This document shows positions 1 through 14,430 of a DNA stretch of 63,374 bases, in pieces (the first letter of the stretch is position 1; the number at the start of each line of letters is the position of its first letter). The stretch covers positions 13,634,161 to 13,697,534 of the forward strand of contig NC_068992.1 of the NCBI RefSeq assembly GCF_001194135.2. The letters run 5' to 3'. The notes below the pieces were generated by a model, which saw nothing but the letters and a program-made list of their open reading frames with translations, ran no database searches and was not told the DNA's origin. Source of the DNA: Octopus bimaculoides (taxonomy: Eukaryota). A program made the translations under genes and the position numbers.

Positions 1-180
1 GTCATATAACGACGGGAGAGTCCATAATATACATATATATATATATATATATTTATGTACATACATATACATACACATGTATATATATTCATATATGTAC
101 AGATATATTTATCTATCATTCTATCAATCTATAAATATATATAAATAAAAGGTTACTACCACCTCAGATTTGCTTGGGGC

Positions 181-496
181 ACACACACACACTCTCACAC
201 ATACACACACAAACACACACACACACACACACACACAAACGCAAGTAAATATATGTATACTGCAAGCATAATACTGTTTGCATTTGAAATTAACGCGTTT
301 ACGCATCCTCGTTATTTGGAAAAATTTTACTGCAGTAATTCGCCTACTTGTCTTCGAAGAGTATTTCTTCTTGAGAATGTTTGTAAAACCAAACTGAGTT
401 GTGAATGATATTATAGGATTATATATATATATATATATATATATGGAGAGAGAGAGAGAGANNNNNNNNNNGAGAGAGGGGGGGAGATAGAGAGAT

Positions 497-527
<31 letters not shown>

Positions 528-530
528 CAG
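181..530. repeat. Microsatellite cluster (CA)n, (AT)n, (GA)n
   Basis: Directly visible, with a 10-N gap at 462-471. Confidence 0.95.
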
Positions 531-1771
531 ATAGAAGCATGGATTCAGAGACTAAGGGAAAGATACATGCAAGGGAACATATGTACATGTACACACATAT
601 TCATTCTTATAACCGCGCGTGTTCAGGGGGGAGATATTCATATATTGTGTTGTTCACATTCTGAAACGTTATTTAATCTTTTTGAAATATTAGTTATCAT
701 AATATTTGGTGAAAAGTATGCAAAAAGATATTTCCTTTACTTTCTACCTGAAATGTATCAAAACTGTTCTAGAATTCTACGAGAAATCATATATAAATAA
801 ATGTACGGAATGTAAAAAAGAAAGTTAAATATATGAGAAATCCCGAAGACATAAGAAATAATTGCACTCATCCAATACAAACTCTATTTCAATTATTTGT
901 TGTGACGTATACAATTCTACCTTGTGTGGTTCACTAGATTTTTCTCTTTTTAATTTATTTATTTTCATGTTTGTGGTTTTTGTGAAGCTATTCTGCAGAC
1001 TGAAGAATTTCATTAAAGCTCTTTGGCATTTACTCAACTGTAATAAATCAGATCTAATCATATACATTTCATTAGATGCTAGAAAGTCTACAGCTTAAGA
1101 AACTGTTGCCTTTTGATCAATAGATAAATAATTCATCACCACCTCCATCTTAATGTTATTAAGGAAACATATTATTGATAAGCTCTTATCTCCTTTAGCC
1201 TATATTGTGTGTTTTCGTATTCACTCTGTTTTGTTTTTTTTCACCATTTTATTAGGTTCTTGCGATTTATTTTTCATTTCTTCGTTTGTTTAGCTTTGCG
1301 TTTGGTTTTCACTTTCCATAGTAAATCTTAGATTTTTTCCTGAGATTACTTACTATGTAAGAACAAAATCTAATATTAAGCTACGAATCCTAATAACAGT
1401 ATCTGATTAGAAGTATTATATCAACGCTACCTTAATGTTTCTATACTGTAAATTGTGCAAGGATTTATGTTCAAGAAACCTAGCTTGTATTTATCATATA
1501 AATTAAAACGTTTGGATTGCAGAAAACAAACATTTATATATCAACTGCGTATGAATTATTTCGGACAAACTTCACGAGTACAGCACAGCTATTTTCGTGA
1601 GCAGGGTTATCATAAAATAGCGCCTAACGAATCGCTTAAATTCATTGGTTGATGATTAATCCTAGATAGAAGAGGAATATCGATTAAATGTTCTTAATTT
1701 TTTAACCTGTACTTCCTTATCTACCAGAAGGAATTTTTTTGTTAAATACATTAACTCTATCAGTTAGAAAT

Positions 1772-1930
1772 AGGTGAGCTTGCTGAAACGTTAGCACACT
1801 ACACAATGTTCTTAACGGCATTTCGTCAGTCTTTATGTTCTAAGATCGTTTTCCACCAAATCGACATTGCGTTTCCTCCTATCGGATAAGATGAAATAAG
1901 CAATGAGATCAACGTAATCGACTAGACTTC
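1772..1930 (+). mobile_element. SINE family A, diverged copy
   Basis: GGTGAGCTTGCTGAAACGTTAGCAC.. head and ..TAATCGACT body align by eye with the well-preserved copies at 8310 and 20631. Confidence 0.7.
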
Positions 1931-3109
1931 TCCCAAAATATTGCAGACCATGTGTCTATGATAGAAAGGATAATATGTATCTGTTAAGTGACGTATATAA
2001 AATCTTGAAGAAGTGTTTTGGCTCAAGTATATAGGCCGTTGTGGTAAATGTTTTATTTACTGTGTAATTTTACTAATAACATTGTCGTTATTGTTATAGT
2101 GCATCCCCAGATCGGCCGTATTAACGCTCAACAGTCAAATATACGTCAGCCGTACTCAGCCCGTGTTTTACCAGGCTAGTATACGACCTTTTTACTTTAT
2201 TAGTACGGAATATGAGCTGAAGCAAATTCATCTGCTAGTTCTAGCAGGTTAATACACCACATAAAGATTTCATAAATGACTAATTGCTTTAGAAGACAAT
2301 ATGCACAGCATCATTCATTCATTCACATATATATATTCGTGCACACACACACATGTGTCTGTATGCATGTGTGGGTATGTGTGTGTCTGAATGTATAAAT
2401 ATAATCAGGCAGGACAATATACGAGTGTGATCATGGCCTTCTTTCTGGCTACAAGTATTTGAAAATGGCTACATCTGTATTTTTGAAGTCTTTATCGCTC
2501 CGTTTGCTAGTATAAATTATATACCTAGGATTGTGATTTAATCAATAGCATAATATTTGCAATTGTTCGAAGCAAAATTATGAATATTAGATTCTAAGCT
2601 GATTCTCACTTTCTCACTTTGGTATAATTTCCAAACACAGGTGTTCCACGAATTCCAGCTGTCTTGGATCAGACATCGATGTTGTCGTGTCTATAGTAAC
2701 AACTAAGTTTTTAGAGTAAGCAATTTTACAAATCCTAATGTTTATTTAGCACTTATTATAACAGTAATTGAGAGATGGAAAAGCAACGCCAGTCTCATTC
2801 AAATTAAACAAAAATAGAGAAAGTAACCAAATTATAATCGGCTGAACATAGAGAGATATTTCTGCGTGTCAAAGGGAATATGTTTCTAGTATTTGATACC
2901 TCGTTAATGAACCAAAATATGCAGAAAAAATATATGGCCATACCATAGAGATATTTATACCATACAAAATGCAGCAATATTATTTGGTATATATATTACG
3001 TAGATTCTTGCTAATGCAAAATAGGGGTAGTTTATCCTGTTCAGGCTATATTATCAGCATTATTCTGCGATTGATAATTCAAAATCACTTCTTTAATAAT
3101 AATAATAAC

Positions 3110-3141
<32 letters not shown>

Positions 3142-3143
3142 TA

Positions 3144-3333
3144 TGCACAAGACCAGGATTTTTATGGGAAGGGGTAGAGTCGATCACATTCACCCCAGTA
3201 TTCAACCGGTACTTAATTTATCGACCTCGAAATCATGAAAGATAAGGCGATCTCAGTGGTATTTGAACTCAGAACGTAGGGCTGGGCGAAACACTGTTAG
3301 GCATTTCGTCCGACACGCAAACGACTCGCCGCC
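3144..3333 (-). mobile_element. SINE family A
   Basis: Contains ..GTACTTAATTTATCGACCTCGAAA..TTTGAACTCAGAACGTA.., shared with other copies. Confidence 0.85.
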
Positions 3334-3368
3334 TTTATAATGATAATAATAACAATAATAATAATAAT

Positions 3369-3567
3369 TTTGACACGAGATCAGCAAGTTCAGGAGGAAA
3401 GGGTAAGTCGATTACATTGGCCGCAGTGTTCAACTGCTACTTATTTTATCGACCCCGAAAGGATGAAAGGCAAAGTCAACCTTGCCGGAATTTTAATTCA
3501 GAAAGTAAAGACTGAGTAAATATGACTTAGATTTAATCCGTCCTGCTAACGATTCTGTCAGCTCGCT
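3369..3567 (-). mobile_element. SINE family A
   Basis: Contains TTATCGACCCCGAAAGGATGAAAGGCAAAGTC..CTAACGATTCTGTCAGCTCGC. Confidence 0.85.
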
Positions 3568-3582
3568 AGCAGATTTTTTAAT

Positions 3583-3760
3583 GGAGGGGGTAATTGATTC
3601 CATTTACCCCTCGCCTGTTAATTGAAATGTAATAGTTTATCGACCCCTAATGGACGAAAGGTGAATTCTACGTCGGTAGAATTTGATCACAGAACGGAAA
3701 GACGGTCGAAATATTGCTAAGCCTATTGTCCGGCATCCTAAGAATTTTGTCAACTCGCTG
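3583..3760 (-). mobile_element. SINE family A, diverged
   Basis: Contains TTTATCGACCCC..GAAAGG..AGAATTTGATCACAGAACG..CAACTCGC. Confidence 0.7.
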
Positions 3761-3761
3761 A

Positions 3762-3823
<62 letters not shown>

Positions 3824-5000
3824 TGCTAAATCTAAAATGTAGCATCACCAATAGCACAACCAATATTATGAACAACATAATCAACTAAAACAATAAAAAC
3901 ATCCATTAATCAAAGTTTCTTTAACATTTAATATTTCATGAAATTTAACATTTCTTTTTGTGAATGTTTTTTTTTTATTTAAAAATAGAGATTAACTTAT
4001 TTTATTAATTAAGATCCCGAGCTAGTTAATTATTATAACGATAAAGAAACAACTCCCACCTATGTTAATACCTCATTAGTTAGGTTGTCATGGAAATACC
4101 GTTTCTATCTTTGGCCTTGCAATCTTAGGTTGACTTGTCAAAGCAATGCAGCGAATTAATATCATCTAATTTGTTCTCTCTCCGAAAGACATTTTCTTCG
4201 TTCTTTCATTGTTTCACTATTGTTACTCAAAAAAATCTTTGACCGTCTAGACTATTGTTTTACCAATGGCTTCTCCTCTATACAAACACAACGACAAAAC
4301 AACAGAATTTCCACAGTCGTTTTGTTGTCTGTCTTCTGGACTCATACATTACTTTTTTGAATAATGATTGAAGCTAAATACCTATAATGTTGCTGTTGTT
4401 GTTTTGGTTTTGGTTTTCCTTTCACGATTTTCAATTAATTTTCTTTGAATAATTTAAACAAAATAATTTTAACAAAATAATTTAAACAAAATTTTTCATT
4501 ATTCTCTTCTACAAATACATAAAAACATAATGAACGCGCTTCTCTATACAGACATGAATTGTAAAGCAAGTCTGCATATTCCTTTCACTCAAACATGCCA
4601 CAAAATGTAACAGGTTAAATATATATATATATTTAAACCTTTGTTTTGAATGATTACTTATCTGTGAAAGTAATTGCTTGAGTGATTATTAAAATGGTTT
4701 TGAAATCGATCGTTTTCTTTCTTTTTTTTTTGTTTTGTTAATATTGAACTGAAATTCGATATCTCGTATACCCAATTCAAGGTCTATACAGACATAGGTA
4801 TAAGTATCCATAATTATATAGCCATACACAAACCCACATATTTATATGCGAGTGAGTGTGCAGCTCTGCTGTTAACATTACTTCCCGCTCAGTGTCAGCG
4901 TGCAGCACCTTCGGCAAGTGAATTATTTTATAGCCCTAACATGTGTGGGAACTTAACATACGGAAACGCTGTGGAAGTCCACACACACGCATATATATAT

Positions 5001-5043
<43 letters not shown>

Positions 5044-5332
5044 ACATACATACATACATACCTACATACCTGTACGTATATATGCATGCGCGCCTGTGTT
5101 TGCGCTGCACCCAACATTCCAAACCAGAAGTACTAAAAGTAAGAATTATTTTTCAGGCCGATTTGCTCGATAAATCCCCCAAGGTGCCGTCGAAGAATCA
5201 TCGCAATTAAATAACTAAAACAAGGGAGATAAAAAGAAACGTTTTTGGAGTTGATTAAGTGGCACCTTTTCAGCGTTCGACGCTATATCTTGTTGTGTTC
5301 CTTAAGTTTGTGTAAAATCTGTACATACACTA

Positions 5333-5387
5333 TGTGTGTATATTCATATTTGTGTGTATATTCATATTTGTGTGTATATTCATATAT
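5333..5387. repeat. 18-bp tandem repeat x3
   Basis: TGTGTGTATATTCATATT units, probably derived from a microsatellite. Confidence 0.8.
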
Positions 5388-8309
5388 GTGCGTGCGTGTG
5401 TGTATTGTTATCTATTTATTTATTTATCTATATATAGATATATTCACATATACAACGAGACAGACTTACACACTCATATATTCATACACGCACACACACA
5501 GGCGCAAACGCACACACTTTCAAAAACACACACATGCACAAACGCACAATGGTCAGAACTGACTGACATATTACCACTAGCACAATGTTTACCTCACGTA
5601 TACACACGGGCATGCGTGAATGTGAGGTAAATATTTGTGCTGTTGGCAATATAATATTCACTGAGTACAATATTACGTCATTGGACCTTCGAATGTCTAA
5701 GAAGACGCCTTCCCGTATATCATCCGATTAGGAGGGTTATCAGAAGCTTAGCAGGAAATTTCTCAAAAATGTTGTAAACAGAGGATAATGTAAACAGTCG
5801 CCTTGTAATAGATGACAGATAGATAGGCTTTTACTTCAACTGGAAATTCTAAAATTGTACCTCATATGTTTTTGCATTTTATATTCCTCGCTAGAGAAAC
5901 AGGAGGAAACTTGTTTACATACTTTAATCATGTCAGCCGGAGGCTTGTTAGAATGCAATGACGTATATTGTTTCGTCTTTGCGGTTGCGTTTCATTCAGA
6001 AAAGTCTGGATTTATTGAACAAATTTATGTCAGACCAAATCGAATCATGGTGTATACCGCTGTGACTAAAGGAATGAGAATCGACTTTTGCAGTTTAGAA
6101 AGCTTAATTAGTACGTAACAGTTTTGCCAAGTAACGAGCAACTTAGATTACACAGTAACTGAAAATATCTGTAGTATATGTACACTTTTACTCTATCTAT
6201 AACAAAGTATTCGTGAATGATTTTTTTATAACAAACATCTTTTAACTTTCTGTTTCGGTTTTTTCTTTCTTTCTTTCTTTCTTGAGAGTTCTAAATCGGG
6301 TTTCTGGCGACGAGCAACCAGTATTTCCGTCGTTTTATCGCTGATGATCTGGTATGCTATATGACATTGATATAGACTCTATTATGAGATAAAAGTGATG
6401 CGTGGTGCAGCGATGGTCTGTGTAATGTTTCGCAAATGAACAACGGAAACCGAGCACCAGTTTACACGTTCATTGATTACAATATAATATCAGTTTCACG
6501 GAGTAAATGAAAATAACCTCATAGTTCGCATTTCTTTTGACATCAATGCATACAAAAAGAAATCTGCTTTGTCATGCGATACAAAATTTTCCGATAAAAT
6601 TCAGTTCATTTGTACTTAGTAAAGGAATTTATCTTTCAACAACATCGTGCCTTAATCAGTTTCAGTGTTTATTAATCATGGTCATTATTTAATGTAATTT
6701 TCAAGCATCATTGTGCATGTTCGTTATCGTTTAATGTTAATTAACTACACCCACTTAATCTTGCATCTTTATCAGAAATATTTCCAATCTTTCATCATCA
6801 GTATTGGTTTTACACCGTATCTCGCTAAACCAGATTAAATTGAATATCGAGTTATGCTAAAACACTTTATTTCTGTATCACTCGCATATATCTTTCCCAA
6901 TATCCATCTCACATGCCATATTTCGTTGTAGGCTGTCCAGGTTTCAGTTTTCTCGAAAAACCAAAATATCATTTATTAATAAGCGCGGTCGCAAGAAACA
7001 CTGCCAAAATATTAAACACAAAACTTATTCGTAAGCGTCATAATCCATTAATTATTAAGTAGCATTAATGAATTACGAAGAAAAGATCAAGTAAATAGCC
7101 TCAACTGTTCTATATCAAACAGCAATTTCGATATAGACAGCGGAAGATAAAGTTATACAGCAATGGACACCTTGTTATTTCAACGTTCACACTGCATTGC
7201 TATCGTTGCGACTGGGTGTGGTTTATGAAGTTGATTACAAACAACACGCAGAAAGGCAATAGGACACGAATTAGCTGCCATTCATTAAGGTGTGCAAAAT
7301 TTTAATATTGCCTGCTGTAACGATAGAAAAGGATCCGATACAACAGTGAAACAAGCAATGTAAACTTGACGAATCCTCCAGGAGAAGGCAATGCTTATAG
7401 AAATCCTTAAACCAATTTTAGCCACATCTAAGACATTATATCACTGGTTGCTTCTAGAAATAGTGAATACATATTAAGAATGTGAACGTGTCTCGTCTTG
7501 AACCATTTCTGTATAGACTGCGATGTATAAAAGCAGCTGCTTCATCCGTTTCACAAGAGCAAGAAGGAAGAAATAAGGTTAAGAAGAGGAGAACACAGAC
7601 CCTAATAATAAATTGTCAATCGGTAATACTACGAGCCTGACTATTTAGAATGTCCCCTTTCCGCCAAACGTATTGATTTTCGTCTATATCCAGTAATATA
7701 TCTTATAAAATTAATACTATACAACAGGAAATGATAAAGGCTATAGTTTGTAATGTGCTATATCACAACGTCTATCCATAACACTTGCGCTTTAACTTAC
7801 AGCAAGGCATCACGAAAACATTAGCTTCAATCATCGACATGCTAAGTAAAACGCCTACGTATCTCTCACATCTCATCCCTCGTTTGATACTAAATATAAA
7901 TTGCTTCCATGAGATCACCTACAAGCAACACTAGCCATGTATATGATGGTTATTTTTATCATGTTTTCAGTACAATGACGTTACGATTTGGATTCACACC
8001 TCCGTCACAATTCGACAATAGATCTTGCCATGCTTATGCAGCTAGCATTACATAAGCATTAATCAACTGTATTGCTGACAGACGATGAAACTAAATGCAT
8101 AGAATAAATATCTCAGCGATTGTATTTATATATGTGTGTTTATATGCTCAAGAGTGTACATGCGTATGCGCGTGTGCATGTGTGTGCATATAGGATTTTA
8201 TGCGTGTATGGATATATACACCGAAATCAAGGCAGCCATCAGTGTGAAAATAATTTCAATACGGAGCAAGTAATTTTTCTCGTGAATTATTCATATAATT
8301 CCTACCAGG

Positions 8310-8509
8310 AATAAGACCGAATCTGAGCCAACAAAGGGATTAAGTCCATTATATTGACCCCAGTGTGTAACTGGTACTTATTTAATCGACCCCGAAAGGA
8401 TGAAAGGCAGAGTTGACCTCGGTGGAATTTTAACTCAGAACGTAAAGGCAGACGAAATACAATTAGTCAGTTCGCCCGGCGTGCTAACGATTCTGCCTGC
8501 TCGCTGCCC
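8310..8509 (-). mobile_element. SINE family A, well preserved
   Basis: tRNA-like head with B-box-like GAGTTAAAATTCC on the minus strand, and central GCCTTTCATCCTTTCGGGGTCGAT..GTACCAG domain. Confidence 0.9.
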
Positions 8510-9431
8510 TGAAGTGACTAAAATATTGAACATGGTCTTTCACTGAGTTGCGCGTAAATGATTTGAGGATCAAATTTCTCGTGTAGCATCTAACATACGT
8601 ATTGTATTGAATTCAATGTTTATTTATGTTTCTAGACTCTGTATTGTAGGAATAGTTTGGCTTGCTGGCGAGAGGCATATTATGTCATTATTTATTATGA
8701 TTTGGTTGATTCTGCCATTTAACAATATCCTAGTGATTAAAATATTCGACATCGACTCTAACTAAACCATTGATGAAACATCATACACACACCCCTTATC
8801 ATTAATCAGCAGCGCTGTATCTGAAACAGGTGTAGTTTTATTTACAGTTACTCTACATACAACAATTCTCTGATTACAAACAACACGTTTAAATAGTAAA
8901 TTGTGCAGTTATATATTGTAACCAAATCTACATAAAATAACGCGGACCCAAATATTTAAGATTATTTTTTTACTTCCCTACTCATAGGAAACATACGGGA
9001 TTACCGCGGCTGAATTGCCTTCAATCGCAGGTCGGTAGGCTAAATCTAAACTACTACGGCTACAAACTCAGTTGTTACTACTGCTAAAATTCTTTGAGAA
9101 CTATCTTGTATGAGACTACTCGCAAATATACCATAATTATTTTCACCATGTCTCTACTAGCTGTCATGAAAACCGATATTTCATAATTATGTTATAAACT
9201 ATATAATATTATATCGCAAGCGAAAAGTATCTCACTGCTTTCAACCAATCTATAAGGTAAATATTTAAAATTAATTATTTCTATTAATATTCCCCGATAC
9301 GAAATCTCTGCTATTTTGGTTAGCTATAGTCATATTTTGTAGTACAAATGTTATAAATGGGTGAAAGGTTTGCAATGTATATTTAATCATATACAGAGAT
9401 TCGTTTGTAGATATTTGTACACATCTGTATT

Positions 9432-9810
9432 TTGGCACTACGTCGCCTACGACGTCGAGGGTTCCAGTTGATCCGATCAACGGAACAGCCTGCCCGTGGG
9501 ATTAATGTGCAAGTGGCTGAGCACTCCACAGACACGCGTACCCTTAACGTAGTTCTCGGGGATATTCAGCGTGACACAGTGTGACAAGGCTGACCCTTTC
9601 AATTACAGGCACAACAGAAACAGGAAGTAAGAGTGAGAGAAAGTTGTGGTGAAAGAGTACAGCAGCGTTCGCCACCATCCCCTGCCGGAACCTCGTTGGG
9701 CTTTATGTGTTTTCGCTCAATAAGCACTCACACGTCCGGTCTGGGAATCGCAGCCACGATCCTATGACCGTGAGTCCGCTGCCCTCACCACTGGGTCATT
9801 GCACCTCCAC
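9432..9810 (-). mobile_element. SINE family C (tRNA-derived, near full length)
   Basis: Minus-strand head GTGGAGGTGCAATGACCCAGTGG (A box, 9798-9788) ..GGCTGCGATTCCC (B-box variant, about 9754-9743). The 3' part is repeated at 27783-27900. Confidence 0.85.
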
Positions 9811-12494
9811 TTTGTACACATCTAACTAGGAATTAAATGACACATTATCTATACTGAGGTATCCTTTTACTAGAGGTAAAATACTCGATTGGATTAGATA
9901 TTTGACATTTTGTAGTTTTGGCCCTCAGTTCAATTAAATTACAAATACGTTTTCATTCCTTTGGGGACATTGTGTGCTGCAGCAGCAGTTATCAATCGCG
10001 TATTGATTTAATAATATCAATGGCTAAATCTTGTGTTTTACACCACGTGTACCGGTATATTCTGTATCCAATGTTAGACGAAGATAGCGGGGCTAAATAT
10101 CGCTTTGGAATGGAATCTGCCTGAAAGTCTTAATTTGAGAGAGAGGGATAGTTATTCATAATATGATACAATTTTCAAACATATGAGAATGGCAACGGGC
10201 GAAAAGAGAGGCAAAGGAAACAGCAAAATGGATATCAACCTGCTGATGAAGAGACTATTATAACTGCTACTGCTGCTGATGATGATGATGGTGATGATAC
10301 CAGTGGTGGTGTCGGGTGTGGCGGCGGCGGCGGCGGCGGTGGTGTTTTTCGAGGTGGTCCTGGTGGGGAGGAGGAGGAAGAGGAGGAAAGTTATGAGGAA
10401 TCCGAAGACGCCGTTGAAGACGACGAAGACAACGGCGATGATGACAATGCTGATGATGAGTATGAACATTATGCAGAAACTAGAAATCTGACGAATGGAA
10501 CCTTATCAAAATTTTGATACATGGAAACATCCAAAAGCAAAACTTGTTTATTACAATCGCTAATTTATTCACTTACGGGGAATATGACTCCAAACGATAT
10601 CATCCTGAAAGTAAGTAATCACCCTTTTCTTATTACTAAAATTACCAAGCGCCGAAGCCGGTCAGAAATTTGTTGAGTGGTTCCTTATTTTTAAAGTCAA
10701 GGTCAACAGGAATTACTCTGTTTTCAAATCAACTCACTCAGTAATTTTTGGAGCTAATTCATCTTCAGTTCTAACAATATCTTAAAGTATAATGCCTCCG
10801 GGCTGTATCTTTCTAAATATTACTGCAGTAGATTGCTTCCGCCTTTGACTTATATATTCGCTCTTACAACGATTTTAAAAATAGCAAAATGAATATAATA
10901 TTTTCGTAATTGTAAATCAATAGCTGTGTTTACCAATTAAGATATTAGGGTTCTGTACGATGCTTAGCGCTGAAATCTTTCCAGAAATATCTCAATAATT
11001 AGATTGCTTCCGCAAACTCATTAAAAATTAGCTGAATCTATCTTACATCTGCTACCATGGGTCTTTAACTGAAAATAGCTTTCTTTTTATTACCGTTTAA
11101 AAGAGAGAAATTATATTTTTATTTACTTTCTAATTAACTATTTAACCTCTTTATTGTAGCAATAAAATTAATTTATTGTTGATAAAAATGTTATATCAAT
11201 AAACCTTTTGTTCTTGTGCTTCATGTGAAAGAAATTAAATAATTGCCAGTCGTAATACATACATGTATATATATGTATGTATGTGTTTGTATGTATGTAG
11301 ATAGATAGATAGACAGATAGAGAGAGAAAGAGAGAGAAAGAAAGAGAGAGAGAAAGAAACTTTAATACTAATTCTTATTTACGTGTGTGTAGTCCAATAT
11401 CAACGCTTTTATGATGGATCGGTATTTTATCGCAAATATATCGCTGTCACATTTTATTGCTTCAAACGTTTTGTTGAAACTTTAGAAGAAAGTGTCCAAG
11501 AAATATCGATTCACACAGAAATATATGGATTAAATATTTGTGGTGATGTACACCGAGTTTGTACTGTCGCTAGATTCCTTAATGATGTACTATATTAAAA
11601 ATGTTCTTTTTGTATCATACTAATTCCATGACCTTTCACACACGTAAAGTACGTAGATAACTCTTTTAGATTAAATATATTAATATTTAGACACTTACGG
11701 TGTAGTTATAAGTTAATGGCAGACCGCTTTGACGCACATTCTAGTCTTGTTTGCTTATTCTTCCGATTTTACATTTTCCAATACTATGTTTGGCTGTTAT
11801 AATACTTGTAAGCAGGAAAAATATGTTAACTGTTTCCAACAACTGATTAAACCTTATTAATCAATGATTTTTCTGTAATGCTCATTATTTTTGTTGAGCT
11901 TTCTAATTAAAACTTGATGTAAATGCAGTGTATCATGAAACTAAAGTTAGGAGGACCCCAAGTATATGTGCTTCAGTAGCAGTGACACAACATTAATATT
12001 TCCCTAATCCTATAAAGCGGTTGACTTTAGCCCATGTGTATCTAACTGGGAGGAGAGAAGGATATTCTATAAGGTACTACAACTGACATTCCCAATACCG
12101 AATTTGATTTGGAGTTCGTGATAGAAAGCAGCAATAAAAGTGTTAGTAATCCTGCCATCTGATACCTTATAGAAATTGTATTTTTTACTTTGTAAACTAT
12201 AAATATACTCAACTGATGCCCTCAGCTATAGATATTTACGTAGTAAATTGATTGCGTCAAACAAGACAGCGTGTAAAACTCTTAATGCTATAATCAGACT
12301 GTGCTTTGGGAACATTCAATGATTTCGACTTTTATGTCAATAGAGAGACCACGTCAATAATTGTTTGCCTTTAATTAGAATATGGTGACTAGGTCTTTTA
12401 ATTAGCAATCCCCCGATAATATACCACAGTAATTTGTAAATTTATTTAATACATTTGAACCCACACGATGGGGGTGATTAGACAGCAACTGTTT

Positions 12495-12745
12495 ATCTTT
12501 CTTTCTTTTATCTTTTACCTGTCTGAGTTATTAGACTGCGGTCAGGATGGGCAAATGCCTTGAATTTTGTTTTTAGTCGAATGAATCGAACCCAGTAATC
12601 AATTTTAAGCCGGGTACTTATGCTATCGGCCACTTGTCAAGAGGTGATGAGGGAACAAACACAGACACACACAAAGAACTAAATATACATACTGAACCTG
12701 GGACCATGTGGTTGGGAGACAAGCTTCTTACCACAGCCACTCCGC
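12495..12745 (-). mobile_element. SINE family B (CORE-like, octopus OR-type), internally deleted
   Basis: Head GGAGTGGCTGTGGTAAGAAGCTTG..CCAACCACATGGTCCCAGGTTCAG and a 3' tail shared with the 48441 copy. Confidence 0.7.
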
Positions 12746-13039
12746 TACGAAATTTTAATGAAGACCACAAGAGAAATATATTGTCCGTTATAAGTCTGTC
12801 ACATGAAATAACTGTTATTGATTAACTCACAATGACATTAATTTTCAAGTCGATATCATTAATATCAATATTTGAATGTTATCTTAGTTTGACAACCATG
12901 AAATGATGGCAGAGACAGTTGGCTAAGGCGGGAGTTCAACGCAGAACTTAAAGAGCTGGAACGAATGTTGTAAATCACTGTTTTCTCCATTTCGCCCATC
13001 CAGTTTACTTTGTTACAGTTTATAATTGTTTCTAGTTAG

Positions 13040-13230
13040 AGGTCCCACCGATTTGACGGAAGGGTTTTGGTCGATTCTATTCTGCTCACTGCCCGAGTAG
13101 TACTTTCTTTTATCGGACCCAGAGGAATGAAAGCAAGATTGACCGCGGAGGAATTTCAAATCGGTAATTAAAAAACAGAAAGAAATTACTGCAAAGCATT
13201 TACGTCGACTCTAACAATTCTGCCAGACCA
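13040..13230 (-). mobile_element. SINE family A, diverged
   Basis: Contains TTTTATCGGACCCAGAGGAATGAAAGC..GGAATTT..CTAACAATTCTGCCAG. Confidence 0.7.
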
Positions 13231-13394
13231 CAATCCTTATGGCAGTTAATAAGATCAAACGACAGGCTAAACTGTGATACAAAAACGAAATATTATACTT
13301 GAAAACGCAAAATATCTCCAGTATCCAAAACAAAAAGACTCCAGTCCACTCAAAGCCATCTGTTAGTAGGATATTAGTTTCTCTAGATTAGATT

Positions 13395-13520
13395 TACGAT
13401 CAATATCTCTCGTAATGGAAATTGTTCGATTATATCGACCGATACTCATTGATAATTTATATTTTAATCGACGTTAAAAACATGAAAGGTAACGTCGAAC
13501 CTGTCAGAATTTGATCTCTG
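13395..13520 (-). mobile_element. SINE family A, highly diverged fragment
   Basis: Contains TCGATTATATCGAC..TTTAATCGAC..ATGAAAGG..GTCGA..AGAATTTGA. Confidence 0.55.
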
Positions 13521-14314
13521 AAAATAAATCGAAGAAAGTAAGTGTGAATAGGCAAATAGTTTAGTCCAACACAGTCTCTATGGTTTAAATCATTAACAGC
13601 TTTAGGGAATATTTTCCATTAGATATTAGCGATATTACATATATATTATTACATCAATTGATGTCTTTTTCTTGTGTGAGACAGCTTGAAAATTGATGAG
13701 GTACACTTTGGTAATGTTTAGTTGTAGGACAAACATTATTTCTGTCATAAGCCTTCCCCATCAAACAGCAATTTCTTAAATATAACGTTGTATAGGTCAG
13801 TAGATAACGACTTGTCACTTTCGCCCTTGTCAATAAATTTAACAATTGTTTAAGAGACTCTGCATTGACCTTGAATCCCAGCATGATAGATCATAATTAT
13901 ATGCTTCTTTCGATGTTATGTGATTTATTTCTAACATCATATTTGTCCTTTACACAGTGAATGATCTAACTGCCTGCGCGTCACTTGTAGTATTGTTAAC
14001 AAATGATTGATCAAAGCAGAAATACAGTTTCTACTATTGTTAAGGTTTATGACTGTCTTTCACAAAGCAGTCGGTGTTACATTTCACTTTTATTTTATTT
14101 GTTTTTTTTCTTCGATTTTTGTCGTTGTATGATGAGTATGTCAGACAATTTTCATGTCTATCCACAGAGAAACAAATGCCTTAAATATAATGTAAACCTC
14201 TTGTTAATATCTTTATATTTCATTTTAAGAATAAATCTAAATAGAAACAGGCTAGGCGTATTCTGCTGCTTCAACTCGTCTATATGCGATACGATTATAT
14301 GTTGCTATTATTAC

Positions 14315-14430
14315 GTTCATTACCTTTGGGGTCGATAAAAAAGGGACCGCTTTAGCACTTGGATCGATGTAATCGATTTTCCTCTTACCCCGAAACTGTT
14401 TGTCTTTTACCAAAATGTGAAGCCGTTATC
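14315..14430 (+). mobile_element. SINE family A, 3' part
   Basis: Contains CCTTTGGGGTCGATAAAA..GGATCGATGTAATCGAT. Confidence 0.6.

Noticed and set aside
9738-9810. tRNA-like A and B boxes
   Set aside because: This is a SINE head continuing into a repeat body shared with 27783-27900, not a tRNA gene.
10520-10860. GAAA|GTAAGT donor and a faint mariner-like peptide (FTYGEYDSKRYHPESK)
   Set aside because: No acceptor was found, and the similarity is too weak to call either an exon or a transposase.
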